A stretch of DNA of 64,000 nt from an uncultured Gemmatimonadales bacterium. GTDB lineage: Bacteria > Gemmatimonadota > Gemmatimonadetes > Longimicrobiales > Longimicrobiaceae. The position numbers were made by a program, and so were the translations under genes. Below, in pieces: positions 18,389 to 29,800 of this stretch. The notes beneath the pieces were generated by a model. It had not been told where the DNA came from, did not search any database, and saw only the letters and a list, made by a program, of their open reading frames with translations. The stretch lies in NCBI GenBank assembly GCA_963716255.1, contig OY970303.1, positions 1,952,001 to 2,016,000 of the forward strand, written 5' to 3'. Each line of letters begins with the position of its first letter. Position 1 is the first letter of the stretch.

Positions 18389-20080
18389 CTACCGCCCCGT
18401 GCGGACCGGCGGCGCCACGTCGTGGCGGAGCACGGCGACCAGGGCGCCCCGCTGGGGGTCGCGCGGGTGGCGGCGGAAGTCCCAGCGGCGCGTTTCCAGG
18501 ACGAAGCCGCGGATGCGGCGGCCGGGCGGGGCCGCGGCGGCGGCGCGGCGGGCGCATGCGTCCAGGAACTCGCGCAGCAGCGGGACGCGCTCGGGGTGGG
18601 TGTCCCAGTCGCGCAGCAGCCTGCGGTAGCGCGCGTCCGCCACCGCGCCGATCCAGCGCTCGAAGCGCGCCGGCGCGATTGTGCCGTCCTCGTACACCAC
18701 CAGCGGGCGGACGTACTCCACCGGCTCCAGCGCCTGCGGCCGGCTGAACATCTGCATGGCGGTGATGGGAAACTTCTCGGTGCGGGTGGCCCACGCCAGG
18801 CACGCGACCACCAGGAACGCCCGCGCGACCCCCAGCAGCCGGCGCGCGGCGGGATCCGCAGCGGAGGAGGACGGGACCCACGCCGCTGCAGACTCCGTCG
18901 CCGTGCGCGTCCGCGCCCACGCCGCAGCCAGCCGGTCGCGCAGCGGCGCCCAGTCGTAGAACACGGCCTGGATGGCGATGAGGTCGGGGAAGAGGATGTT
19001 CTGCATCAGCAGGATGCCCACGTGCATCCCGGCCATGACCAGGGGGAGGACGCGCCGTGCCAGCGCGCCGGCGAGCACCCCCACGAAGGTGACCTCGCCC
19101 ACCAGCGACGCCAGCCCCAGCACGCCGAACGCCCAGGTGGGCCAGGCGAGCATGGCGTCGGTGAGCCGGAAGTCGAAGTGCATGGGCTCCACCACCGTGG
19201 CGACCACCATCTGCTTCATGTGCTCGCCGCGCCACCACCCGAAGCCGGTGTTCCGCAGCTTGCTCAGCCCCGCCAGCGTGTAGGGTACGGCCACCGCCAT
19301 CCACACCAGGTAGCGCCCCGCTCCGTAGCGCATGCGGGGCACGCGCGCGGGCTCCACGGCCGCGCCGCGCCGCAGGCGCAGCCGCCGGTCCAGCGAAAAG
19401 GCGTCGCCGCAGGGGGTGAAGGCGAGGAGGAGGAGCGCGTAGAGCGGGATCACGCCCGTGTGGTACGACCAGGCGTAGGCGCGGAAGATGGATGCGAAGA
19501 GCAGGTAGGCGAGCGCCCCCGCCGGCACCGTCCAGCGGGTGAAGAGCCCGAGCAGCGCGAGCGCGAGCAGCCCCCCGGTGAGCCACTGGTACGCGAGCAG
19601 CGCCGGCGCGCTGGCGAGGAACCGGTCGAAGCCGATGGGGAGCGAGTGCAGCAGCCCCACCAGCCAGTGGTGGTCCGCGTCCAGCATGCCGCGCGGCAGC
19701 GCCGCCGAGCTGGGAAGGTCCTCCCACAGCACGCTGCCCAGCAGGATCGCCGCGACCCACGCGCGCGTGGCTCCCAGCGCCTCCGCCGTGGCGGGCGGCA
19801 CCCAGCGCTCCGCGCGCGGCGGCCGCAGCCCCGCGAACGCCGGCACCGCCGCCCCCAGCACCCCCAGCAGCAGCGCCCCGTCGCGCAGCGACGCGCGCCA
19901 CCCCACCAGCACCCGCGCCACGACCCCGTCCGCCGCCAGCGACGGCAGCAGCAGCGGCCCCACCACCCCACCCACGAGCAGCCACGCCCCGAGCGCCGCC
20001 GCGACCCCGACGAAGAAGCGCCCCCACGGCGACGTCCGCGTCCACGAGCGCCGACCTGCCATCCACATCCTCCTGTCCAC
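18389..20080 (-). CDS. Polytopic membrane protein, HTTM-like
   Basis: Many TM segments; LAFTPCGDAFSLD, YTLAGLSKL, MHVGI; start uncertain. Confidence 0.65.
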   Translation of the reverse strand: MDRRMWMAGRRSWTRTSPWGRFFVGVAAALGAWLLVGGVVGPLLLPSLAADGVVARVLVGWRASLRDGALLLGVLGAAVPAFAGLRPPRAERWVPPATAEALGATRAWVAAILLGSVLWEDLPSSAALPRGMLDADHHWLVGLLHSLPIGFDRFLASAPALLAYQWLTGGLLALALLGLFTRWTVPAGALAYLLFASIFRAYAWSYHTGVIPLYALLLLAFTPCGDAFSLDRRLRLRRGAAVEPARVPRMRYGAGRYLVWMAVAVPYTLAGLSKLRNTGFGWWRGEHMKQMVVATVVEPMHFDFRLTDAMLAWPTWAFGVLGLASLVGEVTFVGVLAGALARRVLPLVMAGMHVGILLMQNILFPDLIAIQAVFYDWAPLRDRLAAAWARTRTATESAAAWVPSSSAADPAARRLLGVARAFLVVACLAWATRTEKFPITAMQMFSRPQALEPVEYVRPLVVYEDGTIAPARFERWIGAVADARYRRLLRDWDTHPERVPLLREFLDACARRAAAAAPPGRRIRGFVLETRRWDFRRHPRDPQRGALVAVLRHDVAPPVRTGR

Positions 20081-20301
20081 GCGGACCCCGCCCCCCGCGA
20101 TGCCGTTGCCGTTCGCCGTTGCCGTCCCCGCAGTATCCCCCAGAAGCGGTTACGGAGGGAGACCCGGGGACAGTTTCCCGGGGCTCCCTCCGGCGCAGGG
20201 AGACAGCCGGGCAGTTTCGGCTGGCTCCCGGAGCCCGCGGAGGAGACCGGCAGCAGTATCGCCGGGCTCCGTAGCGGCCCGCAGAAGCTAGAGGAAACGC
20301 A

Positions 20302-21636
20302 TCACCCCGCCGCCGCGGCAGCAGACGGCTTGGGACGCGTGTACTCCTCGATGCCGAACCCCATGAAGATCGTCCCCAGCACCAGCACGGACCCGGTCCA
20401 GAACGGCACCCCCGCCCCCAGGTGGTCGAACGCCCACCCCGCCCAGAGCGGCGCCACGACCCGCGCCATCCCCCCGAAGCTCTGCTGCACCCCCATGTAC
20501 ACGCCCCGCTCGAACGGCGGGATCAGCCGCGACAGGATGGCCGTCACGCAGGGAAAGGTGAACGCCGTACCCAGCGGCACCAGCGCCAGCGCCCCCATCA
20601 GCGCCAGCAGGCGGAAGGGTACCTGCACCACGCCCAGCGTGCCGGGGAGCGCGGACAGGTCCAGCGTGGTGCCGCCCGGCACGTACCAGGTCAGCGGCAG
20701 GAGCGCCAGCCCGGAGGCCAGCAGCACCTGCCCCACGCGCGAAAGCCGCGCCTCCCCCAGCCGGTCCACGGCCCTCCCCAGGACCACCGCGCGCGCCAGC
20801 ACGGAGATGATGCCGTTGTACGCGTACACCAGGCCGATGGTCTTTTCGGTGACGCCGTAGCGCAGCGCCAGGAACAGCGCCAGCAGCGCCGTCATCATCT
20901 GGAAGGCGCCCATCCCCACGGCGTAGATCCAGATCATGCGCGGGGCCGGCTCGCCGGGGTGGGTGAGGGTGTGCCACACCGCCTGACGCGGCCGGCGCGC
21001 CCCCGCCGCGGCCGCCCGCGCCCCCGCCACGTCGTGCGACTCGGCCAGGTAGAACCAGGCGAACACCATGTTGGCCAGGCACAGTCCCGCGGCGATCAAC
21101 CCCGGCGCGTGCGGGCTGATCCCCATGCTGAAGGAGCCGATGACGGGACCGATGGTGACGCCCACGTTGGTGGCGGCGGAGAGCCACCCCAGGCTCCGGG
21201 CGCGGTTCTCGGGCTCGGTGGCGTCGGCGACGTACGCCTGGATCACCCCCACCGTGCCGCCGCCCGCGCCCTGCACCAGCCGCGACAGCAGCAGCACCCA
21301 TAGCGAGCCGGCGAAGGCGAAGATGACGTACGCGATGGCGGACGCGCCCAGCCCCACCAGCAGCGCGGGCCGCCGCCCGAAGCGGTCGGAGACGCGCCCC
21401 CAGAGCGGCGCGCTGAGGAGCTGCGCCACGGCGTACGACGACACCAGGATTCCCACGACCAGACCGCTCCCCCCCAGCCGGACGGCGTAGAAGGGGAGGA
21501 GCGGGAGCACCATGAGGAGCCCCACCATGTCCACGAACGCCGTGACCATGAGCACGGCGAGCTTTGCGAACGGCTTGCCCAGGGGATCACCTGCAGGGTG
21601 GGAGGGCGGGCACGGACGCGGCCGCGCCCCGGGCAC
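20302..21636 (-). CDS. MFS transporter (TetA/DHA1-like); true start probably near 21582
   Basis: Motif A GRVSDRFGRRP, SRLVQGAGGG, about 12 TM helices. Confidence 0.88.
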   Translation of the reverse strand: MPGARPRPCPPSHPAGDPLGKPFAKLAVLMVTAFVDMVGLLMVLPLLPFYAVRLGGSGLVVGILVSSYAVAQLLSAPLWGRVSDRFGRRPALLVGLGASAIAYVIFAFAGSLWVLLLSRLVQGAGGGTVGVIQAYVADATEPENRARSLGWLSAATNVGVTIGPVIGSFSMGISPHAPGLIAAGLCLANMVFAWFYLAESHDVAGARAAAAGARRPRQAVWHTLTHPGEPAPRMIWIYAVGMGAFQMMTALLALFLALRYGVTEKTIGLVYAYNGIISVLARAVVLGRAVDRLGEARLSRVGQVLLASGLALLPLTWYVPGGTTLDLSALPGTLGVVQVPFRLLALMGALALVPLGTAFTFPCVTAILSRLIPPFERGVYMGVQQSFGGMARVVAPLWAGWAFDHLGAGVPFWTGSVLVLGTIFMGFGIEEYTRPKPSAAAAAG

Positions 21637-21696
21637 GGCGGGAATGTACCCGCCCCCCGGACCCGCGCGAAAGCCCTGTGTAGAGCGCCGCGCGCC

Positions 21697-23178
21697 TCAG
21701 GCGGCGGAGGGGCTCCCGGCGGGGTCCCCCGCCGCCACCGGCACGGCGACGGACGCCGGCGCGGATGCGGGGAACATGTGGGCGATGGAGTTGGCGTAGT
21801 AGCGCAGCAGCGCCATCTCCTCCTCCCGCGCCGAGAAGAGGCCGCCCTCGGCGTCCTCGGCCACCATGCGGCGCAGCACCAGCATGCGCAGCCCCACGGT
21901 GAAGGCGTAGTCGCGGTCGCGCCGGGGGACGTAGATGCGCGCGCCCGCGGCCTCCAGCTCGCCGATGAGGCGGTGCAGCTCGGCCTTGAGCTCCAGCTCG
22001 CTCCACGCCCGCCGCGGCGCCCGCGCGAACACCGTGGCCGCGAGCGCCACCGGGACCACCGGCACCGTGCGCCCCACCGCGTCCATCAGCATGCGCCCCA
22101 GCGCTTCCACCGCCGCGAAGCGCTCCTCCTTCGGCAGCGCGGCGAAGTCCACCCGGTGCTCGGCGGCGTAGGCGCGCATGGACACCGGCGAGCCGAAGTT
22201 GACGCAGGCGTAGCCGAAGCGGTACCACCGGCTCCGGGCCGCCAGCAGCAGGTTGCGCCCCACGAAGCGGAATGTGTTCGCCACGGTGCGCAGGCGGCCG
22301 GGCTTCCGGGCGGCCGGGTCCAGGTCCAGGAGCAGGGTGCGGTCCTCCAGGACGCGGTCGTAGTTGATCCCCACGGGGATGAACACCAGGTCGCGGCCGC
22401 GCGGCTCCCAGGAGCGCACCAGGTAGTCCAGCAGCCCCAGCTTGGGCTGCCGCAGCCGGCCGTCGCGGCTCAGGCCGCCCTCCGGGTACACGGCCTGGGT
22501 GACGCCGGCGGCGGTGGCCATGGCCACGTAGCGCTCCAGCACCCGGCGATACAGCTCGTCGCCGGAGCCCCGGCGCACGAAGTACGCGCCCATGGAGCGG
22601 ATGAGCATGTGCAGCGGCCAGATGCGCGCCCACTCGCCCACGGCGTAGCTGAGCGCCGCCCGCTTGGCGGCCAGGTACCCCACCAGCACGTAGTCCATGT
22701 TGCTGCGGTGGTTCATCACGAACACCACCGTGGAGCCGCGCTCGATGCCGGCCAGCCCCTCCTCGTCGGCGTACCCCAGCCGCACCCGGTACAGCATGCG
22801 CGCCACCCGCCGCCCCGCCCAGTACCCCACGCGGAAGTACAGGTAGGCGTTGAAGGCGGGGACGATCTCGCGGGCGTAGCGCTCCACGCGCGCCACCACC
22901 ACCTCGCGCGGCATGCCATGCTCGCGGGCGTGCGCGTCCACCGCCTCCATGACCCGCGGGTCGTAGACGAGCCGGTCGATGAGCACCTGCCGCCGGGTGA
23001 GCTTGAAGGGCGGGAGCTCGAAGGGGAGCCGGGTGTTGATCTCCTCGATGACGCGGTTGGTGCGCTGCCGCACGAACCAGCGGGCGCCGGGCACCAGCAT
23101 GCGCTCCGCCACCGCCCACGCGGCCAGCGCGGCGAGGAGCAGGACGAGCCAGAGGGGGAGGAGGACGGCCTGCGCCAT
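21697..23178 (-). CDS. Glycerol-3-phosphate/lysophospholipid acyltransferase (PlsB/PlsC-like)
   Basis: NHRSNMD (HX4D), GAYFVRR, YPEGGLSRDG. Confidence 0.88.
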   Translation of the reverse strand: MAQAVLLPLWLVLLLAALAAWAVAERMLVPGARWFVRQRTNRVIEEINTRLPFELPPFKLTRRQVLIDRLVYDPRVMEAVDAHAREHGMPREVVVARVERYAREIVPAFNAYLYFRVGYWAGRRVARMLYRVRLGYADEEGLAGIERGSTVVFVMNHRSNMDYVLVGYLAAKRAALSYAVGEWARIWPLHMLIRSMGAYFVRRGSGDELYRRVLERYVAMATAAGVTQAVYPEGGLSRDGRLRQPKLGLLDYLVRSWEPRGRDLVFIPVGINYDRVLEDRTLLLDLDPAARKPGRLRTVANTFRFVGRNLLLAARSRWYRFGYACVNFGSPVSMRAYAAEHRVDFAALPKEERFAAVEALGRMLMDAVGRTVPVVPVALAATVFARAPRRAWSELELKAELHRLIGELEAAGARIYVPRRDRDYAFTVGLRMLVLRRMVAEDAEGGLFSAREEEMALLRYYANSIAHMFPASAPASVAVPVAAGDPAGSPSAA

Positions 23179-23361
23179 GGGGGACGCTCCGGGGAGGGGA
23201 TCGCGCGGCGCGCCGGCGGCATGGGCGCCTGCGGCAAGGTAACGCGGCCGCGGGGGATGCGGAACGGCGCCGCGCGGGCACCGGGCCCCCGCCTTGCGGG
23301 TACGGGGCGCGTCCGCGGCCCGCCGGGCCGCCCGCAACGCCCCGCCCCACAGGTGCCGCCG

Positions 23362-24171
23362 ATGCCGTCCTTTCCGCGCCGGAGACGCGCCCGGACCTCC
23401 GCGCTCCGCCCCCGGGCGCTCGCCCTGCTGCTCGCGGGCGCCGCCTGCACCCGCGCCCCCGCCCCGCCCGCGGGGAGCGCCGCCGACGCCCCGGCGCCGC
23501 GCGCCGCCGCCGGCGTCCCGGCGGACGCCTTCCCCGCCCCGTCGCGCCCGGTGGCGGACATCGTCACCGACACCTGGTCCAGCGAGGACGCACGCGACCG
23601 CGCCGGCGAGGCGGAGCGGGTGATGCAGCTGCTGGGCGTGGGCCCCGGGATGCGCGTGGCCGACGTGGGGGCGGGGAGCGGCTACTACGTGGCGCGGCTG
23701 TCGCCGCGGGTGGGGCCCACGGGGCGGGTGTACGCGCAGGACATCGTCGCGGACTACCTGCGTAAGCTGGGGGCGCGGGTGCGGCGCGAGGGGCTTGGCA
23801 ACGTGACGCTGGTGCTGGGCGACCCGCACGACCCGCGGCTCCCCGGCGACTCGCTGGACCTGGCGCTCCTGGTGCACATGTACCACGAGGTGGAGCAGCC
23901 GTACGGCCTGCTCTACAACCTCCGCCCCGCCCTGCGCCGGGGCGCGCGGGTCGCCGTGGTGGACCTGGACCGCCCCACCGGGCGCCACGGGACGCCGCCG
24001 GAGCTGCTGCGCTGCGAGATGGCGGCGGTGGGCTACACCCCCGTCGCCATCCGCGACCTGGGGCCGGAGAGCGGGTACCTGGCCGTGTTCGAGCCGCCCC
24101 CACCCGGGGCGCTCCCCGCGCCGGGCTCCATCCGCGCCTGCCCGGCGCCCGCCGCGGGGGCCGGCCGGTGA
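23362..24171 (+). CDS. SAM-dependent methyltransferase, probable lipoprotein
   Basis: Lipobox-like AGAAC; VADVGAGSGY; HMYHEV. Confidence 0.8.
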   Translation: MPSFPRRRRARTSALRPRALALLLAGAACTRAPAPPAGSAADAPAPRAAAGVPADAFPAPSRPVADIVTDTWSSEDARDRAGEAERVMQLLGVGPGMRVADVGAGSGYYVARLSPRVGPTGRVYAQDIVADYLRKLGARVRREGLGNVTLVLGDPHDPRLPGDSLDLALLVHMYHEVEQPYGLLYNLRPALRRGARVAVVDLDRPTGRHGTPPELLRCEMAAVGYTPVAIRDLGPESGYLAVFEPPPPGALPAPGSIRACPAPAAGAGR

Positions 24172-25331
24172 CGCTCCCCCGCGACCCCTGGTTCTGGCCG
24201 GCGCTGGTCGCCGCCGTGTCCATGGCGGTGCTGTTCGCGGACGGGGTGCGCGGGGCGATGTCCCTGCGCCGCCTGCACCAGGTGCCCCCGGTGCCGGACG
24301 CGGAGGCGCCGCCCGTCTCGGTGGTGATCGCCGCGCGCGACGAGGAGCGCGGCATCGAGCACGCGCTGGCCTCGGTGCTGGCGCAGCGCTACGCGCCCCT
24401 GGAGGTGGTGGTGGTGGACGACCGCTCCACCGACGCCACGGGCGCCATCCTGGACCGCATGGCCGCGGCCGACCCGCGCCTGCGCGTGGTGCACGTGACC
24501 GAGCTGCCCGCCGGCTGGCTGGGGAAGAATCACGCGCTGCAGGTGGGCGCGGCGGAGGCCGCCGGCGACTACGTGCTGTTCACCGACGCCGACGTGGTGA
24601 TGGAGCCGGACACCCTGGCCCGCGCGATCGGGCTCATGCGCGCGGAGGGGATCGACCACGTGGCGGCCGCGCCGCGGGTGGAGCTGCCCTCGCTGGCGCT
24701 GCGCGTATTCGTCGTCCTGTTCTCGCTGTTCTTCGCCATCGCCTTCCGCCCGTGGAAGCTGCGCGACCCCCGCAGCCGCGCGCACATCGGCATCGGCGCC
24801 TTCAACCTGGTGCGGACCCGGGCGTACCGCGCCGCGGGCGGGCACCTCCCCATCCGCATGCGCCCCGACGACGACCTGAAGCTGGGAAAGCTGATGAAGA
24901 AGCACGGCTTCCGGCAGGACTTCGTGGTCGCCACGGAGTCGCTGCGGGTGGAGTGGTACCGGACGTTCGGGGAGCTGGTGCGCGGTCTGATGAAGAACGG
25001 CTTCGCGGGGATGGACTACCGGCTCTCGTGGGTGGTGGGGACCACGGCCGCGCACCTGCTGGTGTTCGTCCTCCCCTGGGTGGCGGTGTGGCTCACGGGG
25101 GGCGCGGCGCAGCTCCTCTTCGGGGCGGCGGTGCTGCTGGCTTTCGTGATGTACGCCGGGGCGGCGCGGGCGCAGGGGGTGAGTCCTCTCTACGGCGTGT
25201 TCTTCCCGGTCGCCACGCTGGTGTTTCTGTACATCGTGTGGCGCGCGGCGGTGGTGACGATCGCCGGCGACGGGATCGACTGGCGGGGGACGCACTACGC
25301 GCTGGACGAGCTGCGCGCGAACGAGGTGTAG
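24168..25331 (+). CDS. GT2 membrane glycosyltransferase (CrtQ-like)
   Basis: VIAARDEE, DDRSTD, GWLGKNHA, FTDAD, PDDD. Confidence 0.87.
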   Translation: MTLPRDPWFWPALVAAVSMAVLFADGVRGAMSLRRLHQVPPVPDAEAPPVSVVIAARDEERGIEHALASVLAQRYAPLEVVVVDDRSTDATGAILDRMAAADPRLRVVHVTELPAGWLGKNHALQVGAAEAAGDYVLFTDADVVMEPDTLARAIGLMRAEGIDHVAAAPRVELPSLALRVFVVLFSLFFAIAFRPWKLRDPRSRAHIGIGAFNLVRTRAYRAAGGHLPIRMRPDDDLKLGKLMKKHGFRQDFVVATESLRVEWYRTFGELVRGLMKNGFAGMDYRLSWVVGTTAAHLLVFVLPWVAVWLTGGAAQLLFGAAVLLAFVMYAGAARAQGVSPLYGVFFPVATLVFLYIVWRAAVVTIAGDGIDWRGTHYALDELRANEV

Positions 25332-25336
25332 GAAGG

Positions 25337-25508
25337 GGCAAGCCTTCGCTCATCGCAGCCACGGAAGGTGCGACGCTCCTGACCCCGGCTTCCGTTCCCT
25401 GGGAGATCGGCTTCGTCGTCTCCCCCTGATGTGGAGGGTATCGATCTCCACATCACACGAGATGAGATCGTCAGCTTCGTGCGGGAGAGCAGGCGGGAAT
25501 ACGGTTGA
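25337..25508 (+). pseudogene. Deleted remnant of a PIN toxin (VapC-like) / Phd-YefM antitoxin pair
   Basis: KPSLIAATEGATLLTPASVPWEIG joined out of frame to SPPDVEGIDLHITRDEIVSFVRESRREYG-stop; lower GC; no start codon. Family call from recall of similar proteins. Confidence 0.55.
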
Positions 25509-25599
25509 TTCGTCGAAGGCGAAGCAGAAGAATGCAGGTTGTTCAGGGGCAATTTCCCGCAAGAAGCCGTTTGGCAGTCCGGACAACCGTCGGCTCCCC

Positions 25600-25810
25600 T
25601 GCCACCTCCACTCCTCTTCATCCCACACGGCAGAGCCGGCTTCATTCGGTTCGAGCAGAACGTCGTCTCCTCGTGCCGTCATCGACCGGAAAGCCTCTTC
25701 CCAACCCTGCCGTAGCCGCCGGTCCGCACGGGTCGTGATGCGCCCGGCTCGGGATTCGGCCTCGACTTCCTCCGCCAGATGGTTCTGCGTGGGCAGTGAC
25801 TCCGCGGTGC
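25600..25810 (-). pseudogene. Truncated AbrB/MazE-type antitoxin remnant
   Basis: LAEEVEAESRAGRITTRADRRLRQGWEEAFRSMTARGDDVLLEP...WDEEEWRW; the N-terminal GNS motif and the stop after WRW are missing. Confidence 0.65.
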
Positions 25811-25815
25811 CAATG

Positions 25816-25854
25816 GACGGAGAGTCACTCGTTCGCACGGGTGACTCTCCGTCC
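25816..25854. terminator. Hairpin downstream of the gene ending at 25880
   Basis: GGACGGAGAGTCAC...GTGACTCTCCGTCC. Confidence 0.6.
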
Positions 25855-25879
25855 TGTTCGGCCCCCGTGGTCTGCTGCG

Positions 25880-26602
25880 TCACCAGTCCACCAGGTCGAT
25901 GGTGCGCAGGGTGCGCTTGCCCGCGGCCAGCGCCTCGATGTAGTTCACGGTGTAGACGCGCAGCATGGTGTTCTGCGGGAACCACTCCAGCATGTAGATG
26001 TCGCCGGGGGGAATCCCGCGGAGCTGCTCCACCCCGCCGTACGCGCGCACCTCGTTGATGTACACGACGATCCCCTGCCGCCGCCCGCGCGAAAATACGC
26101 ACGAGTCGGGCAGCTCCGGCGGGCACTCCTGGAAGTTGAACTTGAGCATGGCGGCCTGGGCGGCGTTGGAGTAGCCGGCCATGGCGATCTCCTCGTGCGT
26201 CGTGGCGAGCGACGCGACGGGGACGCGGCTGCGGCGCTCGGTGAGCTTGTTGGCGCTCACGGTGATCGCCTCCAGCATGACGGAGCGCGGGAGGAGCACC
26301 ACGTCCAGCCGGTCGCCCTCGGCCAGCTCCACCTCCTCGGTGAGGCGGGCGTAGCCCAGCCGGTCGAAGCTGAAGACGTGCGCGCCCGCCGGGAGGGTGA
26401 TGATGAACCGCCCCATGGAATCGGTCGCGGCGGAGGTCCGCAGCGAGGGCACAGCCACCCGGGCGCCGATGATGGGCGCCCCGGAGCGGGAGTCCGACAC
26501 GCTCCCCCGCACGGTGATCGGGGCGGCTGCGGGGTCCTGCGCCGCGGCCGGGAGGCGGCAGAGCAGCAGCAGGGCGGCCAGAGCGGCGAGTTTGGCGCGC
26601 AT
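25880..26602 (-). CDS. Secreted carboxypeptidase-regulatory-like domain protein with a plug-like C-terminus
   Basis: VRGSVSD..SGAPIIGARV...ATDSMGRF...RLGY; C-terminal VYINE...IPPGDIYMLE. Confidence 0.75.
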   Translation of the reverse strand: MRAKLAALAALLLLCRLPAAAQDPAAAPITVRGSVSDSRSGAPIIGARVAVPSLRTSAATDSMGRFIITLPAGAHVFSFDRLGYARLTEEVELAEGDRLDVVLLPRSVMLEAITVSANKLTERRSRVPVASLATTHEEIAMAGYSNAAQAAMLKFNFQECPPELPDSCVFSRGRRQGIVVYINEVRAYGGVEQLRGIPPGDIYMLEWFPQNTMLRVYTVNYIEALAAGKRTLRTIDLVDW

Positions 26603-26849
26603 GGCTGGACCGGGGTGCGGGTGAATGCCTGGGTCCGGGTCGGGCGAGGACGATGGGGTCGAGCGCCGGAGCCCGCGCCGCGAGAGGCGTGCCGCCCGGC
26701 GGCGGGGCGGCGGGCGCGCGGAGCGGGACGGCGGCGGCGCGGCGCGGGGGAGCACGCGAGGTCGCGAGCGGCGCGCCCCCGATGCAATGTGGGGCGGGGG
26801 GCCCGGCGCGCAAGAGAATCGTGCGACCGGGCCATTTCTTAGCGGACGG

Positions 26850-29800
26850 CTACTCCCGCAGGCGGATGCCGGTGCTCCCCTCGCCCAGCACCTCCTCCGC
26901 GAGGAGCGCGTCGATCGCGGCCCCGATGGCCGCGTCCAGCGTGGGGCCGGTGCGGCCGAAGCCGAAGAGGCGGCGCACCCCGGCCGTGAGCGCCTTGCGG
27001 TCCACCCCGTCGCCGGCGCGGAGAAGGCGCAGCACGGCGGCGCGGAACTCCTCCGGGGCGATGCGCTCGGCGGGGATCCGGGTGCCGGCGCGGGTGCGGA
27101 CCGGCACCTCCCGCGCGCCCGCCGCGTGCACGAACTCGCCGCGCACCTCCACCCGCCCGCGCTTCGCCAGCGCCTCCGCCACCTCGCGCACCCGCTGCAT
27201 CATCCGCGGGCCCACGCGCTCGCACCCCCAGCGCGCCACCACGCGCGCGGCCAGGTCGGCCAGGTGAAGCGGCGCCTCCACCGCGGCCACCTCCTCCACG
27301 GCGCGGCCCACCAGCGGCGCGGGCGCGGCGTTGAAGTCGCCCTCGTGCGCCACCCCGTCCGGCGCGAAGGCGTACGGCTCCCCCTGCGCCCCGGCGGGCA
27401 CCGCCTCGGTCTCCACCCCGGCCTCTTCGCCGTCCGCGTCCGGCAGCTCCGCGACGGCCGACGCGGCGGGAGCAGTGTTCGTCGGCAGGCCCGACTCCGC
27501 CGGCGCCTCCTCCGGGGCGGCGGCCGCGTCCGCCGCGGCGCGCCGCCGGGCCTCCTCGCGGGAGCGCCCGATCAGCTCCAGCAGCCGGGCGGCCTGCCCC
27601 TCGCGGTCCTTGAACCAGTCGGTGGACCAGAGGCGGTGCAGGGTCCAGCCGCGCGCCTCCAGCACCTGCTGCCGCAGCCGGTCGCGGTCGCGCGCCGACT
27701 CCGAGGCGTGGTACGCCACCCCGTCGCACTCGATGCCGCACACGTAGCGCCCGGGCACCTCGTCGTCCACCACCCCGAAGTCGATGCGGTAGCCGGCCAC
27801 CCCCACCTGCGGGTGCAGCACGACCCCGCGCCGCGCAAGCTCCGCCTGCACTTCGCGCTCGAAGGGGGATCCCTCCTCCGCGCCGGTAGGGGCCGCACTG
27901 ACCTCCAGCCGGCCGTGCTCCGCGTACACCAGGAACTCGCGCAGCAGCCGCGGCCCCTGCGATGCCGCGTGCGTGGGGTTGATCTCCTCGCCGCGCATGG
28001 ACGAGAACACCCGCATCCCCTGGCGGGCGCGCGTGGTGAGCACGTTGAGGCGGCGCCAGCCGTTCTCGCCGTTGAGCGGCCCGAAGTTGTAGCGCAGCAC
28101 GCCGTCCGCGTCCTTTGCGTAGGTGACGCTGAGGAAGATGACGTCGCGCTCGTCGCCCTGGATGTTTTCCAGGTTCTTGACGAAGAACGGCTCGCCCCGG
28201 TCCCGCGCGAAGAACGGCTCCAGCGAGGGGTCGGCGCGGCGGCGGGCCTCCAGCTCGTCCTGGATGGCGAGCTGCTGGCGCAGGTTGAAGGTGCCCACGC
28301 CCAGCGACGTCCCGGGGTGCTCCTTCGCGTGGCGCACCACCGCGTCGGCAACCCGGCGCGCCTCCACCAGGTTGAGCCCCTTTCCCTCGTACACCCCGTC
28401 CGCCACGTGCTCGAAGGAGAGCCCCGCCGCGTGCCCCGCCGTTTCCACGCTGGGAAAGGTGTACAGCTCGGCGTCGTAGAAGCTGACGTTGGAAAAGCTG
28501 ATCAGCGACTCGTGCGCGCTGCGGTAATGCCAGCGCAGCCGGGTGCGTGGCGATCCGGAGCCCATGAACTCCTCCAGGATGCTCTCGCTGTCCTCGAAGA
28601 GCGGGACCCCCTCCTCGTCGACCGGGGCGGCCACCGTGCCGCTCATCACCGCGAAGAAGTTGGTGGGGGGGAGCTGCTTGGGGTCGCCCACCACCACCAG
28701 CTGCTTCCCCCGCCCGATGGCGCCCACGGCGTCCTCCGCCGGGAGCTGGCTCGCCTCGTCGAACACCACCAGGTCGAAGGCCCCGGTCCTTCCCTCCAGG
28801 AGCTGCGCCACGGTGAGCGGGCTCATCATGAACACCGGCTTGATGGCGCGGACGGTGGCGTACGAGCGCTGCAGCGTGGTGCGCAGCGGGCTCAGCCCCC
28901 GCTGCAGGGTGAGCTGCCGGCGCAGGAAGGGGAGCCCCCCGGCCGCCGCGGGCTCGCGGAGGCGCGCCTGCACGCGGTCGCGGACGGTTGCCACCAGCCG
29001 GGCCCGGTTCTCCTCCAGCACGCGCCGGTCGAGCCGGCGGAACTCGGCGACGCGCTCCTCGTGCGTGAGGGTGTGGAAGGCGCGCAGGGGCTCGCGCTCG
29101 CGCACCACCTCGCCCAGCCAGCGCTGCAAAAAGGCGCGCCGCAGCGCGGGCGCCAGCTGGTCGAAGGCCACCTCGCCGCGCATGGCCGGCTCCAGCAGCT
29201 CGGCGGCCAGCCCCGCGGCCACGCGCGCCCTCACCGACTCGAATGCCGCCCAGCGCGGCGCCAGCCCCAAGGCGTCGTGCATCGCCGCGAGGCGCGCGGC
29301 GACCTCCGCCAGCGGGTCGGCGGCCAGGTAGTCCGCCGGCCATCCCACGTGCGCGCGCAGCTCCGCCAGCTCCCGCTCCAGCGCCGCGGACTCGTCGCGC
29401 AGCGCCTGCACGGCGGACACGTCCGGCCGCGGCTGCGCCGCCGTGGCGATGGCCTGCTCGCGCAGCCCGTGCGCCACGCACAGCCCGCGGAACTCCACCA
29501 CCCAGCGGACGTAGCCGTCCAGCGCCTCCCAGTCGGAGCGCTCGCCCTGCCATAGCCCGCCGAACAGCTCGCGCGCCTGCGCGTCGTCCGCGGCGAGCGC
29601 CGCCCGCTCGCGCCGCAGCGCGTCCACCTTCCGCATCTCCCCCGCCTGGTCCAGCAGCGAGCCGGAGTACCCGGGAAGGCGGTAGGCCAGCCAGCGGCGC
29701 TTGACGGCGCGGTGCCGGCCGCTGAGGAAGTTGAGGAAGCGGAAGGGGCTGGTCTCCCTGGCCTCCATGAAGGCCGCGTCCCCGGCGTGGTCCTGCTCCA

